This document shows positions 1-8,137 of a stretch of DNA of 64,000 nucleotides, piece after piece (the stretch's first letter is position 1; each line of letters opens with the position of its first letter). A model generated the notes under the pieces. That model did no database searches. It was not told the DNA's origin and saw only the letters and a program-made list of their open reading frames with translations. The position numbers were made by a program, and so were the translations under genes. Source of the DNA: Chitinophaga pinensis (lineage in GTDB: Bacteria > Bacteroidota > Bacteroidia > NS11-12g > UBA9320); NCBI GenBank assembly GCA_945889315.1, contig CAMDBP010000001.1, forward strand, positions 45,005 to 109,004, read 5' to 3'.

Positions 1-93
1 TTCATGTGTTTCGGGATGAATTTTACCTTTTTTGGGTGTACAAGACACTACTAAAACCAAAAGTATCAAAATACCATAATTTCTTGCATTCAT
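1..93 (-). CDS. Partial CDS, N-terminus of a lipoprotein; the gene runs off the window start
   Basis: Reverse complement of 1-93 reads ATG AAT GCA AGA AAT TAT GGT ATT TTG ATA CTT TTG GTT TTA GTA GTG TCT TGT ... = MNARNYGILILLVLVVSCTPKKGKIHPETHE. This is a signal peptide with an LVVSC lipobox. It is absent from the ORF track because it has no stop in the window. Confidence 0.35.
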   Translation of the reverse strand, partial: MNARNYGILILLVLVVSCTPKKGKIHPETHE

Positions 94-142
94 AAAACGA
101 AAATACACATGTTAAGGTAAGATCACAATTTTAGGCAGTTAC

Positions 143-1147
143 CTAAAGCCCAAGTAAGGGAATCTCCCTTGGTTTTTCGCTTTGAACACGATCAATAATC
201 GCCTTGAGGTGTTCTGGGGTTGTTCCGCAGCATCCTCCAACTATATTTAAAAATCCGCTGCTCGCAAATTCTCCTACCACCTTACTCATACTTTCTGGTG
301 TTTCATCGTATTCGCCAAATTCATTTGGTAAGCCTGCATTAGGATGTGCGGATACTCTACACCATGCCTTATCACTCAATTCCTTGATAAATGGTCTCAT
401 TTGATCTGCACCCAAGGCGCAATTAAGACCAATACTTAGCGGTTTCGCATGACTAACACTATACCAAAACGCTTCCACAGTTTGACCGCTTAAGGTTCTT
501 CCGCTCGCGTCTGTTATTGTACCACTAATCATAATGGGTGTATCTAAACCCATTTCTTCTTTAACTTCTAGTATGGCGAAGATGGCTGCTTTACAGTTTA
601 GGGTGTCAAAGACCGTTTCAATTAAAAAAATATCTACGCCACCTTTTGCCAATGCGATGGTTTGCTGTCTATAGGTAGCAACTAAATCGTCGAAACTGAC
701 TGCTCTATAGCCCGGATTATTGACATCAGGAGATAGACTTGCGGTCTTATTAGTTGGTCCAATGCTTCCCGCTACGAAACGTGGCTTGTCTGGATTTTTA
801 GCGGTATACGTATCAGCTGCATTTCTAGCTAGTTTCGCAGAAGTTACATTTAACTCATCAACTAAAAATTCCATGTGATAATCGGCCATAGAAACCGCTG
901 TACTATTGAAACTATTTGTTTCAATAATATCGGCTCCAGCTTCTAAGAACTGATTATGAATTTCTGTAATGATATGAGGCTGAGTTATGGATAGCAAGTC
1001 ATTATTCCCTTTGAGATTATGTTGATAATCCGCAAATCGTTGCCCACGATATTGTTCTTCGGAGAGTTTGTGTTTTTGGATCATAGTACCCATTGCACCA
1101 TCCAAAAAAAGAATTCTGTCTTGTAATAATCGCTCTATTTTATGCAT
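143..1147 (-). CDS. Homocysteine S-methyltransferase domain protein (N-terminal Hcy-binding module of a split cobalamin-dependent methionine synthase)
   Basis: 334 aa. '[13 protein letters not shown]' aligns with the MetH N-terminus (E. coli 'ILVLDGGMGTMIQ'). C-terminal '[11 protein letters not shown]' is the Zn-binding cysteine triad region of the Hcy-methyltransferase fold. The protein ends where full-length MetH continues into the pterin-binding module. Confidence 0.85.
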   Translation of the reverse strand: MHKIERLLQDRILFLDGAMGTMIQKHKLSEEQYRGQRFADYQHNLKGNNDLLSITQPHIITEIHNQFLEAGADIIETNSFNSTAVSMADYHMEFLVDELNVTSAKLARNAADTYTAKNPDKPRFVAGSIGPTNKTASLSPDVNNPGYRAVSFDDLVATYRQQTIALAKGGVDIFLIETVFDTLNCKAAIFAILEVKEEMGLDTPIMISGTITDASGRTLSGQTVEAFWYSVSHAKPLSIGLNCALGADQMRPFIKELSDKAWCRVSAHPNAGLPNEFGEYDETPESMSKVVGEFASSGFLNIVGGCCGTTPEHLKAIIDRVQSEKPREIPLLGL

Positions 1148-1191
1148 CTCGGCAAAGATAAGGAGATTAAGCGAGCTTGCATTTCAAACTC

Positions 1192-1231
1192 AAATAAAAT
1201 TAACAAAAATGGCCAGACATAAAGTCTGGCC
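1192..1231 (-). terminator. Leader hairpin plus U-tract (candidate attenuator) about 45-85 nt upstream of the metH-N start
   Basis: Minus-strand RNA reads GGCCAGAC-UUUAU-GUCUGGCC (perfect 8-bp GC-rich stem, 1211-1231) followed by AUUUUUGUUAAUUUUAUUU. No minus-strand gene lies upstream, so it sits in the 5' leader rather than at a gene end. Confidence 0.45.
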
Positions 1232-1624
1232 ACATATACTAAAAGCTAAGTATTTCAACTTTAGAAAAGCTGAAAAATTTTTCTGCGTTATTGATTTAGA
1301 TTTTAAGAATATTTTTACTGGTTATGTTTGGTAAATTGCATACATACACGTCTACCCTATTTTAAAACTTATATTTACTCTATGCTTGATTTTATGGCAC
1401 AAACTTACTTAAAATTACCTAGCCGTCAACCACAATTCCCTTCATTCTATTTACAGTAAAGAATTAACGACAAAGGTAACATTACTCTAAATCGATATAG
1501 CCAGAAAAAAAAATGTCATTTAAAAATATTCATCTAAGTCAAATGTGGGAGTATGAGATGAAGTAGTTATTATTCCTGCAAGAATGAGCGCATTATTATT
1601 ATTTTTGCCCCTTGTAAAAAAGAA

Positions 1625-2608
1625 ATGGCAAGACAACTGCAAATACGCGAGGCCCTTCGTGAGGCAATGAACGAAGAAATGAGAAAAGATCCATCTGTGT
1701 TTCTTATTGGTGAAGAAGTAGCAGAATACAATGGCGCTTACAAGGTAAGTCAAGGTATGCTTGATGAGTTCGGACCAAAGCGGGTAATCGATACTCCTAT
1801 TGCGGAACTTGGATTTGCCGGTATAGCTACGGGGGCTGCAAGTAATGGACTCAAACCAATTGTAGAATTCATGACATTTAACTTTAGTCTTGTTGCAATT
1901 GACCAAGTAATAAATGCAGCAGCAAAAATGAATAGCATGAGTGGCGGTCAATTTACTTGCCCTATGGTATTTAGAGGACCAACCGGTAGCGCAGGACAAT
2001 TGGGTGCTCAGCACTCTCAAGCTTTTGAAAACTGGTACGCAAACTGCCCTGGACTCAAAGTTGTGGTTTTGTCTAATGCTTATAATGCAAAAGGTCTTTT
2101 GAAATCTGCTATTATAGATCCAGATCCAGTTATTTTTATGGAGAGTGAACAAATGTATGGCCTAAAGCACGATGTTCCTGAAGAAGAGTATTATATCCCT
2201 ATTGGACAAGCCAACATACAAAAAGCGGGCACAGACGTAACACTTGTATCATTTGGTAAAATGATGCGTGTTGCTGAAGACGCTGTTGTAGCATTAGCTG
2301 AAAAAGGAATAGATGTAGAACTTATCGACTTACAATCCGTAAGACCGATTGACTACCATACAATTGCTGAAAGTATAAAGAAAACAAATAGATGCGTTGT
2401 TTTAGAAGAAGCTTGGCCACTTGCGTCAATCTCATCTGAAATTAGTTACATGATGAGCCAAATGGTATTTGATCATTTGGACGCGCCGATAAAACGTGTA
2501 ACTACGCGTGATACACCGTTACCTTATGCTGCTACGCTAGTTGACGCGTGGTTACCCAACGTGCAACGTGTGGTTGAAGCGGTGGATGCTGTAATGTATA
2601 GAAAATAA
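1625..2608 (+). CDS. pdhB: Pyruvate dehydrogenase E1 component, beta subunit (transketolase-like)
   Basis: 327 aa with full-length similarity to E1-beta / transketolase C-terminal family: 'VFLIGEEVAEYNGAYKVSQGMLDEFGPKRVIDTPIAE', 'GFAGIATGAASNGLKPIVEFMTFNF'. Confidence 0.85.
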   Translation: MARQLQIREALREAMNEEMRKDPSVFLIGEEVAEYNGAYKVSQGMLDEFGPKRVIDTPIAELGFAGIATGAASNGLKPIVEFMTFNFSLVAIDQVINAAAKMNSMSGGQFTCPMVFRGPTGSAGQLGAQHSQAFENWYANCPGLKVVVLSNAYNAKGLLKSAIIDPDPVIFMESEQMYGLKHDVPEEEYYIPIGQANIQKAGTDVTLVSFGKMMRVAEDAVVALAEKGIDVELIDLQSVRPIDYHTIAESIKKTNRCVVLEEAWPLASISSEISYMMSQMVFDHLDAPIKRVTTRDTPLPYAATLVDAWLPNVQRVVEAVDAVMYRK

Positions 2609-2624
2609 TACCACTACATAAAAT

Positions 2625-2661
2625 AAAAAAGCCTCGTACCTCTGGTTTGGGGCTTTTTTAT
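2625..2661. terminator. Bidirectional rho-independent terminator between pdhB and trhO
   Basis: AAAAAAGCC-tcgtACCtctGGTttgg-GGCTTTTTTATTT. A-run before and T-run after. The T-run overlaps the trhO stop codon (2658-2660). Confidence 0.6.
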
Positions 2662-3668
2662 TTAAATCGACCTTTACTGAAAATACGAACGCCTGTATCT
2701 TTCCCTTTACGCAATGCACGTTGCTCTTCCTCTGGCAATGCAGCGATTGTTTGACATTCGACCGAACACGTACTACTATATTTTTGAGCACATTTAGGAC
2801 ATTGAATAAAGAGCAGATTACATGCTTTGTTTTTACAATTACTATGATCGTCAAAAGGTTCTCCGCACTGATGACAACTGGCAATTATATCATCTGTAAT
2901 TCGTTCATTGAGTCGTTCGTCAAAAACAAAATTTTTCCCAATAAATTTGTTAGGAAGTCCTTTTTCTTTGGCATCTCTTGAATATTTAATGATTCCTCCT
3001 TCTAAGTGGTAAACATCTTTAAACCCTTCATGCTTAAGATAAGCACTTGCTTTCTCGCACCTTATGCCGCCCGTGCAGTACATCACTACGGTTTTATCTT
3101 TTTGCTCTTGTAGCTCATGCACAACTAAAGGGAGTTGCTCCCTAAAGGTATCTACGTCAGGGCACCATGCTCCATCGAAATGTCCCACTTCACTCTCATA
3201 ATGATTACGCATATCAATAAGCAAGGTGTTTTCATCATCTATAAGCTTGTTAAATTCTTCCACATTTAAGTAGTTGCCTGGCTTGCTTACATCAAAAAGG
3301 TCATCTTCAAGTCCGTCTGCTACTATCTTAGATCTTACTTTTATAGCAAGTTTAAAGAACGATTTTCCATCATCATCTACAGCAAAATTTAACCTAATCC
3401 CTTTCAAAAAGGTAATGTTCTCCAACTCTGCTTTATACGCTTCCAACTTATTATTAGGCACGCTAAGTTGCGCATTGATTCCTTCGTGAGCTACGTATAT
3501 TCTTCCTAGCACCCCGAGTTGATCCCAATGGAAGAACAGATGATCTCTAAACAATTGGGGGTTGCCTATTTTGGCATACTTATAAAAGGAGATAGTAGTG
3601 CGTTTTTCGTCACTTGTTTTGATTTTCTTCTTTAATTCTTCCCCATTAATAGTATTATGCAATTTCAT
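2658..3668 (-). CDS. trhO: Rhodanese-domain protein of the YceA/UPF0176 family (tRNA U34 hydroxylase TrhO)
   Basis: 336 aa. Central rhodanese fold with active-site region 'VVMYCTGGIRCEKASAYL' and the family-typical C-terminal Cys cluster (CHQCGEP...CKNKACN...CPKC...CSVEC). Confidence 0.7.
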   Translation of the reverse strand: MKLHNTINGEELKKKIKTSDEKRTTISFYKYAKIGNPQLFRDHLFFHWDQLGVLGRIYVAHEGINAQLSVPNNKLEAYKAELENITFLKGIRLNFAVDDDGKSFFKLAIKVRSKIVADGLEDDLFDVSKPGNYLNVEEFNKLIDDENTLLIDMRNHYESEVGHFDGAWCPDVDTFREQLPLVVHELQEQKDKTVVMYCTGGIRCEKASAYLKHEGFKDVYHLEGGIIKYSRDAKEKGLPNKFIGKNFVFDERLNERITDDIIASCHQCGEPFDDHSNCKNKACNLLFIQCPKCAQKYSSTCSVECQTIAALPEEEQRALRKGKDTGVRIFSKGRFK

Positions 3669-3727
3669 GTTACACCCTTTTTAACGGTAGTACAAATGTA
3701 AAAAAAAGAAAAGGTAATTACTTTATG

Positions 3728-5134
3728 CTATTCCGAAGTAACTTTTGCGTTCTTGTTCATCTTGGTTACCTCCATGTACAACCAAATCCCTGCCCACAGG
3801 CCGGCCAATATCTCTCCTACTGGCATTGAAAACCAAACACCATCCAGGCCTGCAAAATGCGCAAAAACAAACATTAGAGGAATCATAAATATTCCTTGCC
3901 TAGCTAGGGTAAGAACTAATGCTGGCATTGGCTTCCCTATGGCTTGAAAATAGGCGCCTCCAATAAACCCTACACCCATGAGTGGTAAGGATATAAAAAT
4001 CCACTTCAGAACTCTAGGCGTATGGGCCAATAATTCTTTGTCTTCCGTAAAAATTTGTATTAGCGGCTTCGGGAACAAAAATAGAATCCCAAGCATTAGG
4101 ACAGATATACTAAAGGTCCATTTCAAGCCTAGAATTATAGTATCGCTTACTCTCGTCCAATTTTTAGCGCCATAATTATAACTTATAATAGGCATAAGTC
4201 CTTGCATTACCCCAATGATAGGAAACGCAATAAATAAGGTGTATCCTCTAATTAATCCAAAAATAGCTAAAGCATGTGAACCCCCTTTGTCTCCCAGGGT
4301 TGATGCATATTCAATATTACCCCATATATTAAGTTGACTGTTTAACACAATAGCCAATAAGCTAAACATCCCTTGCCGCACAAGTGTAATAGAACCGATT
4401 GAAGCAATTTCAGCGGTAACAGGAAGGTCTAGCTTAACATTGCTTTTGGTTAATTTCAATTCACTTCTACCCGATAAGAAAAACCACAAGGTATATCCGC
4501 CACTTAAACAATATCCTGCAGTAGTAGCCCATGCAGCACCGCTTATCCCCATGTCGAAATGATAGATAAGTATATAATCTAAAAAAATATTAGAAATAGC
4601 AGGGATAATCATGGTTAACATCGCCACTTTAGGTTTTCCTTCTGCTCGTATAACATTATTAGTCATCATAGCCCATCCTAGAAAAGGAAGACCTATGAGC
4701 AAAATATTAAAGTACTTCTTAGCATAAGGCAGAATTTCATAATTAGCACCAAACAACGTTAATATCTGATCCTGAAAAATAAAGCCAAGTAATACAAAAA
4801 CACCCACAAAAAACAACGTTAATATTATTTGATTCCCGAACGTTTTCTGAGCTTTCTTGGCGTCTCCTTCACCCAGAGCACGGGCTAAAACCGACGCCCC
4901 GCCTACTCCTATTGCCATACCAAAAGAAGAGATGAGAAATGTTATAGGAAGCACCACTGTAATGGCAGCTATTGCCACTTCACCTTCTGCGTAATGACTT
5001 ACAAACCAAACATCTACCATCTGGTATAATGACATCACCAAAAAGCCGCAAGCAGCAGGCAGTGATTGTTTCAGCAACAAAGACCCTATTTTGTCAGTCC
5101 CAAGTCTATCGGAGGATTTACTTTGCTTTTCCAA
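3728..5134 (-). CDS. MATE family efflux transporter
   Basis: 468 aa, about 12 predicted TM helices, internal two-fold repeat typical of NorM/DinF MATE pumps. Confidence 0.75.
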   Translation of the reverse strand: MEKQSKSSDRLGTDKIGSLLLKQSLPAACGFLVMSLYQMVDVWFVSHYAEGEVAIAAITVVLPITFLISSFGMAIGVGGASVLARALGEGDAKKAQKTFGNQIILTLFFVGVFVLLGFIFQDQILTLFGANYEILPYAKKYFNILLIGLPFLGWAMMTNNVIRAEGKPKVAMLTMIIPAISNIFLDYILIYHFDMGISGAAWATTAGYCLSGGYTLWFFLSGRSELKLTKSNVKLDLPVTAEIASIGSITLVRQGMFSLLAIVLNSQLNIWGNIEYASTLGDKGGSHALAIFGLIRGYTLFIAFPIIGVMQGLMPIISYNYGAKNWTRVSDTIILGLKWTFSISVLMLGILFLFPKPLIQIFTEDKELLAHTPRVLKWIFISLPLMGVGFIGGAYFQAIGKPMPALVLTLARQGIFMIPLMFVFAHFAGLDGVWFSMPVGEILAGLWAGIWLYMEVTKMNKNAKVTSE

Positions 5135-5268
5135 AGGGGCAAATGTAATGCTTTAGCTTTTGAGAATTTAACCTTTGAATTTTTGTAGGTTACCGATTTG
5201 CTATCCTTTATTAATCTCATTATTAATACTATGCTATTAATTGAATACATTTCATTTTCTTTGCACTA

Positions 5269-5925
5269 GTGAATTATTTAAGTCATTATTATTTCGACCA
5301 AGACGAGGAGAATAAGTATTACAACATTGGACTAATACTGCCAGACCTTGCTAGAGCGCATATTTCAAAGCTCAGAATAAATCCATACAAGAATATCACC
5401 TTCACTACTAAGGAGATATCAAGTATGAATGATGGGACAAATAGACACTTTGCCAGTGATCGTAAATTTCATAACTGGATGACGTTTGTAGATTTAACAA
5501 ACAAAGCTACAGACATGATCAGAGAAAGTGGCGACAAAGACATTAACCGCGATTATTTTATAACTCACATAATGGTTGAAGTATTACTTGACAAAATACT
5601 CTTAGATAAAAACCCGAGTTTAGCGGACGACTTTTACAACATGATAGACAGTGTGGAACAAGATTGGGTACTTAAATTCATGCGATATGCTGGGTTACAA
5701 GATGACGAGTTATGGAAAGGGCAACATCGCCGATTTATGAAAGCTCGTTTCTTAGCCAACTATACCAGTTTAGAAAATGTGGTTGCGGCCGTTGAGGGAG
5801 TTTGCGCTAAACTAGGCATGATAGAACTTAATGACGACCAACGTCAATTACTAGTTGATATTTGTGAAACAATAGAACCTGAATTAGAACGTTCTATTGG
5901 TGCCCTCGAGATTCAACTCCTGTAA
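5269..5925 (+). CDS. Acyl carrier protein phosphodiesterase (AcpH)-like protein
   Basis: 218 aa, GTG start. N-terminus 'MNYLSHYYFD...GLILPDLARA' parallels E. coli AcpH 'MNFLAHLHLA...GNLLADFVRG'. A downstream H..H..D pattern (GTNRHFASDRKFHN) parallels 'GIHMHRRIDVLTDN'. Confidence 0.5.
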   Translation: MNYLSHYYFDQDEENKYYNIGLILPDLARAHISKLRINPYKNITFTTKEISSMNDGTNRHFASDRKFHNWMTFVDLTNKATDMIRESGDKDINRDYFITHIMVEVLLDKILLDKNPSLADDFYNMIDSVEQDWVLKFMRYAGLQDDELWKGQHRRFMKARFLANYTSLENVVAAVEGVCAKLGMIELNDDQRQLLVDICETIEPELERSIGALEIQLL

Positions 5926-5929
5926 AAAT

Positions 5930-7063
5930 ATGCTATCTCATACGAAACAAGTCCTTGCATTACTATCCGTTTTACTTTTTGCAGGTACCAATTTGTATGC
6001 ACAATCCGCTCCTAAATACAGTAACGAATTTTTATCAATAGGCTTAGGCGCTCGAGCTTTTGGTATGTCCAACTCCGTAATAGCATCTGTAGAAGATGTA
6101 ACTGCAGGATATTGGAACCCTTCGGCCCTCGTAAAGCAAGAGGATAAAATACAACTATCTTTTATGCACTCTGCTTTATTTAGCGGAATTGCCAATTATG
6201 ATTATTTAGGCATTAGTACAAAAGTTAATGAGAATGCAGCTCTCAGCTTTTCGATGATTCGATTTGGGGTAGACGGCATTCCTAATACCTTAGACCTTGT
6301 TCGAAATGGTCAGATAGACTACAATAGAGTAACAGAGTTTAGTGCCGTAGATTACGCTTTTATCGTCAGTTATGCTCAAAAAGCCATCAAAAATGGATTA
6401 AGCATTGGCGGAAGTGCGAAAATCATAAATCGTAAAGCAGGTGAATTTACGACCGCTTGGGGATTTGGAATAGACGCAAGTGCTCTTTATGAAACTCAGA
6501 ATAAATGGATTTTTGCAGCTGTGGCTCGTGACGTGACTACCACTTTTAATGCATGGAAATATAATTTCACAGACGCTGAGATTCAAACTTTTCAAAGCAC
6601 AGGAAATGAGGTTCCCATAAACTCCCTAGAATTTACCTTCCCAAAGCTACTTTTAGGAGTTTCTAAAAAAATCAACTTTAATGACGATTACACTTTCTTA
6701 ACAGAATTGAACATGGATTTAAATACCGACGGTAGACGTAATACATTGCTTCGAACCAACTTAGTTAGTGGAGACCCACATTTAGGTGTGGAAGCTGGCT
6801 ACAAAGACATCATCTTTTTACGAGGTGGACTAGGCAACGTGCAGCAGGTTAAAACCGAAGATATATTGAACACTGAGATTATAGACGGTAAGACTATTAC
6901 GAACTATAAATCTGAATGGACGTTTATGCCTAACATAGGCGTTGGGTTAAAACTCAAAAATTTAAGTATAGACTACGCACTTACTGACGTAAGTAACCAA
7001 AGCGCAGCCCTATTGTCTCACGTATTTAGTATACGTGCAGCTGTAAATGCTCCAAAAAAGTAA
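5930..7063 (+). CDS. PorV/PorQ-family (FadL-like) outer-membrane beta-barrel protein, T9SS-associated
   Basis: Signal peptide MLSHTKQVLALLSVLLFAGTNLYAQ; the track ORF starts at TTG 5897, but ATG 5930 gives the signal peptide. N-terminal 'LSIGLGARAFGMSNSVIASVEDVTAGYWNPSAL' has the NPAG/NPSA-type motif of FadL/PorV hatch regions. About 380 aa, beta-rich, C-terminal aromatic-rich strands. Confidence 0.45.
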   Translation: MLSHTKQVLALLSVLLFAGTNLYAQSAPKYSNEFLSIGLGARAFGMSNSVIASVEDVTAGYWNPSALVKQEDKIQLSFMHSALFSGIANYDYLGISTKVNENAALSFSMIRFGVDGIPNTLDLVRNGQIDYNRVTEFSAVDYAFIVSYAQKAIKNGLSIGGSAKIINRKAGEFTTAWGFGIDASALYETQNKWIFAAVARDVTTTFNAWKYNFTDAEIQTFQSTGNEVPINSLEFTFPKLLLGVSKKINFNDDYTFLTELNMDLNTDGRRNTLLRTNLVSGDPHLGVEAGYKDIIFLRGGLGNVQQVKTEDILNTEIIDGKTITNYKSEWTFMPNIGVGLKLKNLSIDYALTDVSNQSAALLSHVFSIRAAVNAPKK

Positions 7064-7101
7064 GCAATCCACTACTTTTCGTAGCGTCTTAACTTTCAAA
7101 T

Positions 7102-7785
7102 TTGTACATTTCGTGTACTAAAATGAACTTCGAACAAGCAATTCTAAATCAACTCGAGGCAAACGCTAATACACAACAAGCGGTTAAAATGGCTGACTAC
7201 ATGAAAAACAAGTTTGTTTTTTATGGTATTAATAGCCCTACACGAAAACTCATTTGTAAAGAACTATACAACGAATACGGCGTTCCCGAAAATGCTATTG
7301 AAGTAGCCAAAGTACTCTTTTTACGACCGCATCGGGAGTGTCACTACATAGCGCAAGAACTACTTCTTATGGCAAAAAATCAATGGAAGGAGCATCACAT
7401 AGAAGACATAGAATGGTTTATTTTACAAAATAGTTGGTGGGATACTGTAGACTTTTTAGCTAGTAATGTGGTCGGAGCCTATTTTAAAAAATGGCCAGAG
7501 AATAAAGCCGACATTATACATCATTGGAATGTAAGTGAAGACATATGGCTAATTAGAACCTCTATTCTATTTCAACTAAAATACAAATCAAAAGTGGATA
7601 CAATCCTATTGGCAAATAGCATTTTACCTCATACCCAAAACAAAGCGTTTTTCATTCGAAAAGCAATTGGCTGGGCACTTCGGAGTTATGCCGATGTAAA
7701 TCCATCATGGGTGATTTCTTTTACAGAAAACAACGAATTACAGCCACTAAGCATCAAAGAAGCACTTCGAAAACTCCCTAAGTAA
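7102..7785 (+). CDS. DNA alkylation repair protein (AlkC/AlkD-like HEAT-repeat glycosylase family)
   Basis: About 220 aa, helical repeat protein with a family-typical C-terminus 'FIRKAIGWALRSYADVNPSWV'. True start may be ATG 7123 (MNFEQAIL...). Confidence 0.65.
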   Translation: MYISCTKMNFEQAILNQLEANANTQQAVKMADYMKNKFVFYGINSPTRKLICKELYNEYGVPENAIEVAKVLFLRPHRECHYIAQELLLMAKNQWKEHHIEDIEWFILQNSWWDTVDFLASNVVGAYFKKWPENKADIIHHWNVSEDIWLIRTSILFQLKYKSKVDTILLANSILPHTQNKAFFIRKAIGWALRSYADVNPSWVISFTENNELQPLSIKEALRKLPK

Positions 7786-7789
7786 GTCA

Positions 7790-8137
7790 TTATCCATTAA
7801 CCCATGTTTTTCTGCGATAGCTAAATAATGCGCCAGAAAGTCCAAAAAAGCCTGCTACTAATCCCCCTAAACATGCGCTAAGAATGGGCGTAGACCAGTT
7901 GGGCAGTAAAAGCAACTTACCCATTAATTCAGCTACTACGCCATTGTCTTTGAGGTAAATAGCCAACAGCCAAGTACCAAATACTGCTAGAAAAGGAACA
8001 CCAAAACCCGCTGCTGATTTCATTCTACCTAGGTATGCCACAACAAAGGAAATAGGCGCTATTACCCACCAAGGCGCAACCAGTGAGCACAAAACAGTTA
8101 GTATACTTATGGAGACAAAGAGAATACTATTTTTCAT
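7790..8137 (-). CDS. Small integral membrane protein (3-4 TM), translationally coupled to the upstream acylase
   Basis: 115 aa, hydrophobic. Start overlaps the last 11 nt of the 8127-10535 gene. Confidence 0.5.
   Translation of the reverse strand: MKNSILFVSISILTVLCSLVAPWWVIAPISFVVAYLGRMKSAAGFGVPFLAVFGTWLLAIYLKDNGVVAELMGKLLLLPNWSTPILSACLGGLVAGFFGLSGALFSYRRKTWVNG

Noticed and set aside
1068-1334. 88-aa plus-strand ORF spanning the metH-N start and leader hairpin
   Set aside because: Overlaps the metH-N N-terminus on the other strand and the structured leader. No signal or motif. Treated as spurious.
1505-1513. A9 homopolymer in the metH-N/pdhB intergenic region as a phase-variation tract
   Set aside because: Not within a coding region and not at a promoter spacer position I can define. 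Homopolymers of this length are frequent by chance at about 38% GC.
1232-1520. Possible cobalamin or SAM-I riboswitch in the metH-N leader
   Set aside because: The minus-strand sequence has an AAGGGAA stretch but lacks the B12 box (GCCACUG). It also lacks the SAM-I GAGGGA/GCAACC/GGUGC elements that are obvious upstream of the other metH half. Only the terminator-like hairpin is reported.
1520-2152. 210-aa minus-strand ORF antisense to pdhB (and similar 1750-1938 ORF)
   Set aside because: Completely overlaps a strongly supported PdhB coding frame. Low-complexity, Cys/Phe-rich translation with no motif. A typical antisense artefact in AT-rich DNA.
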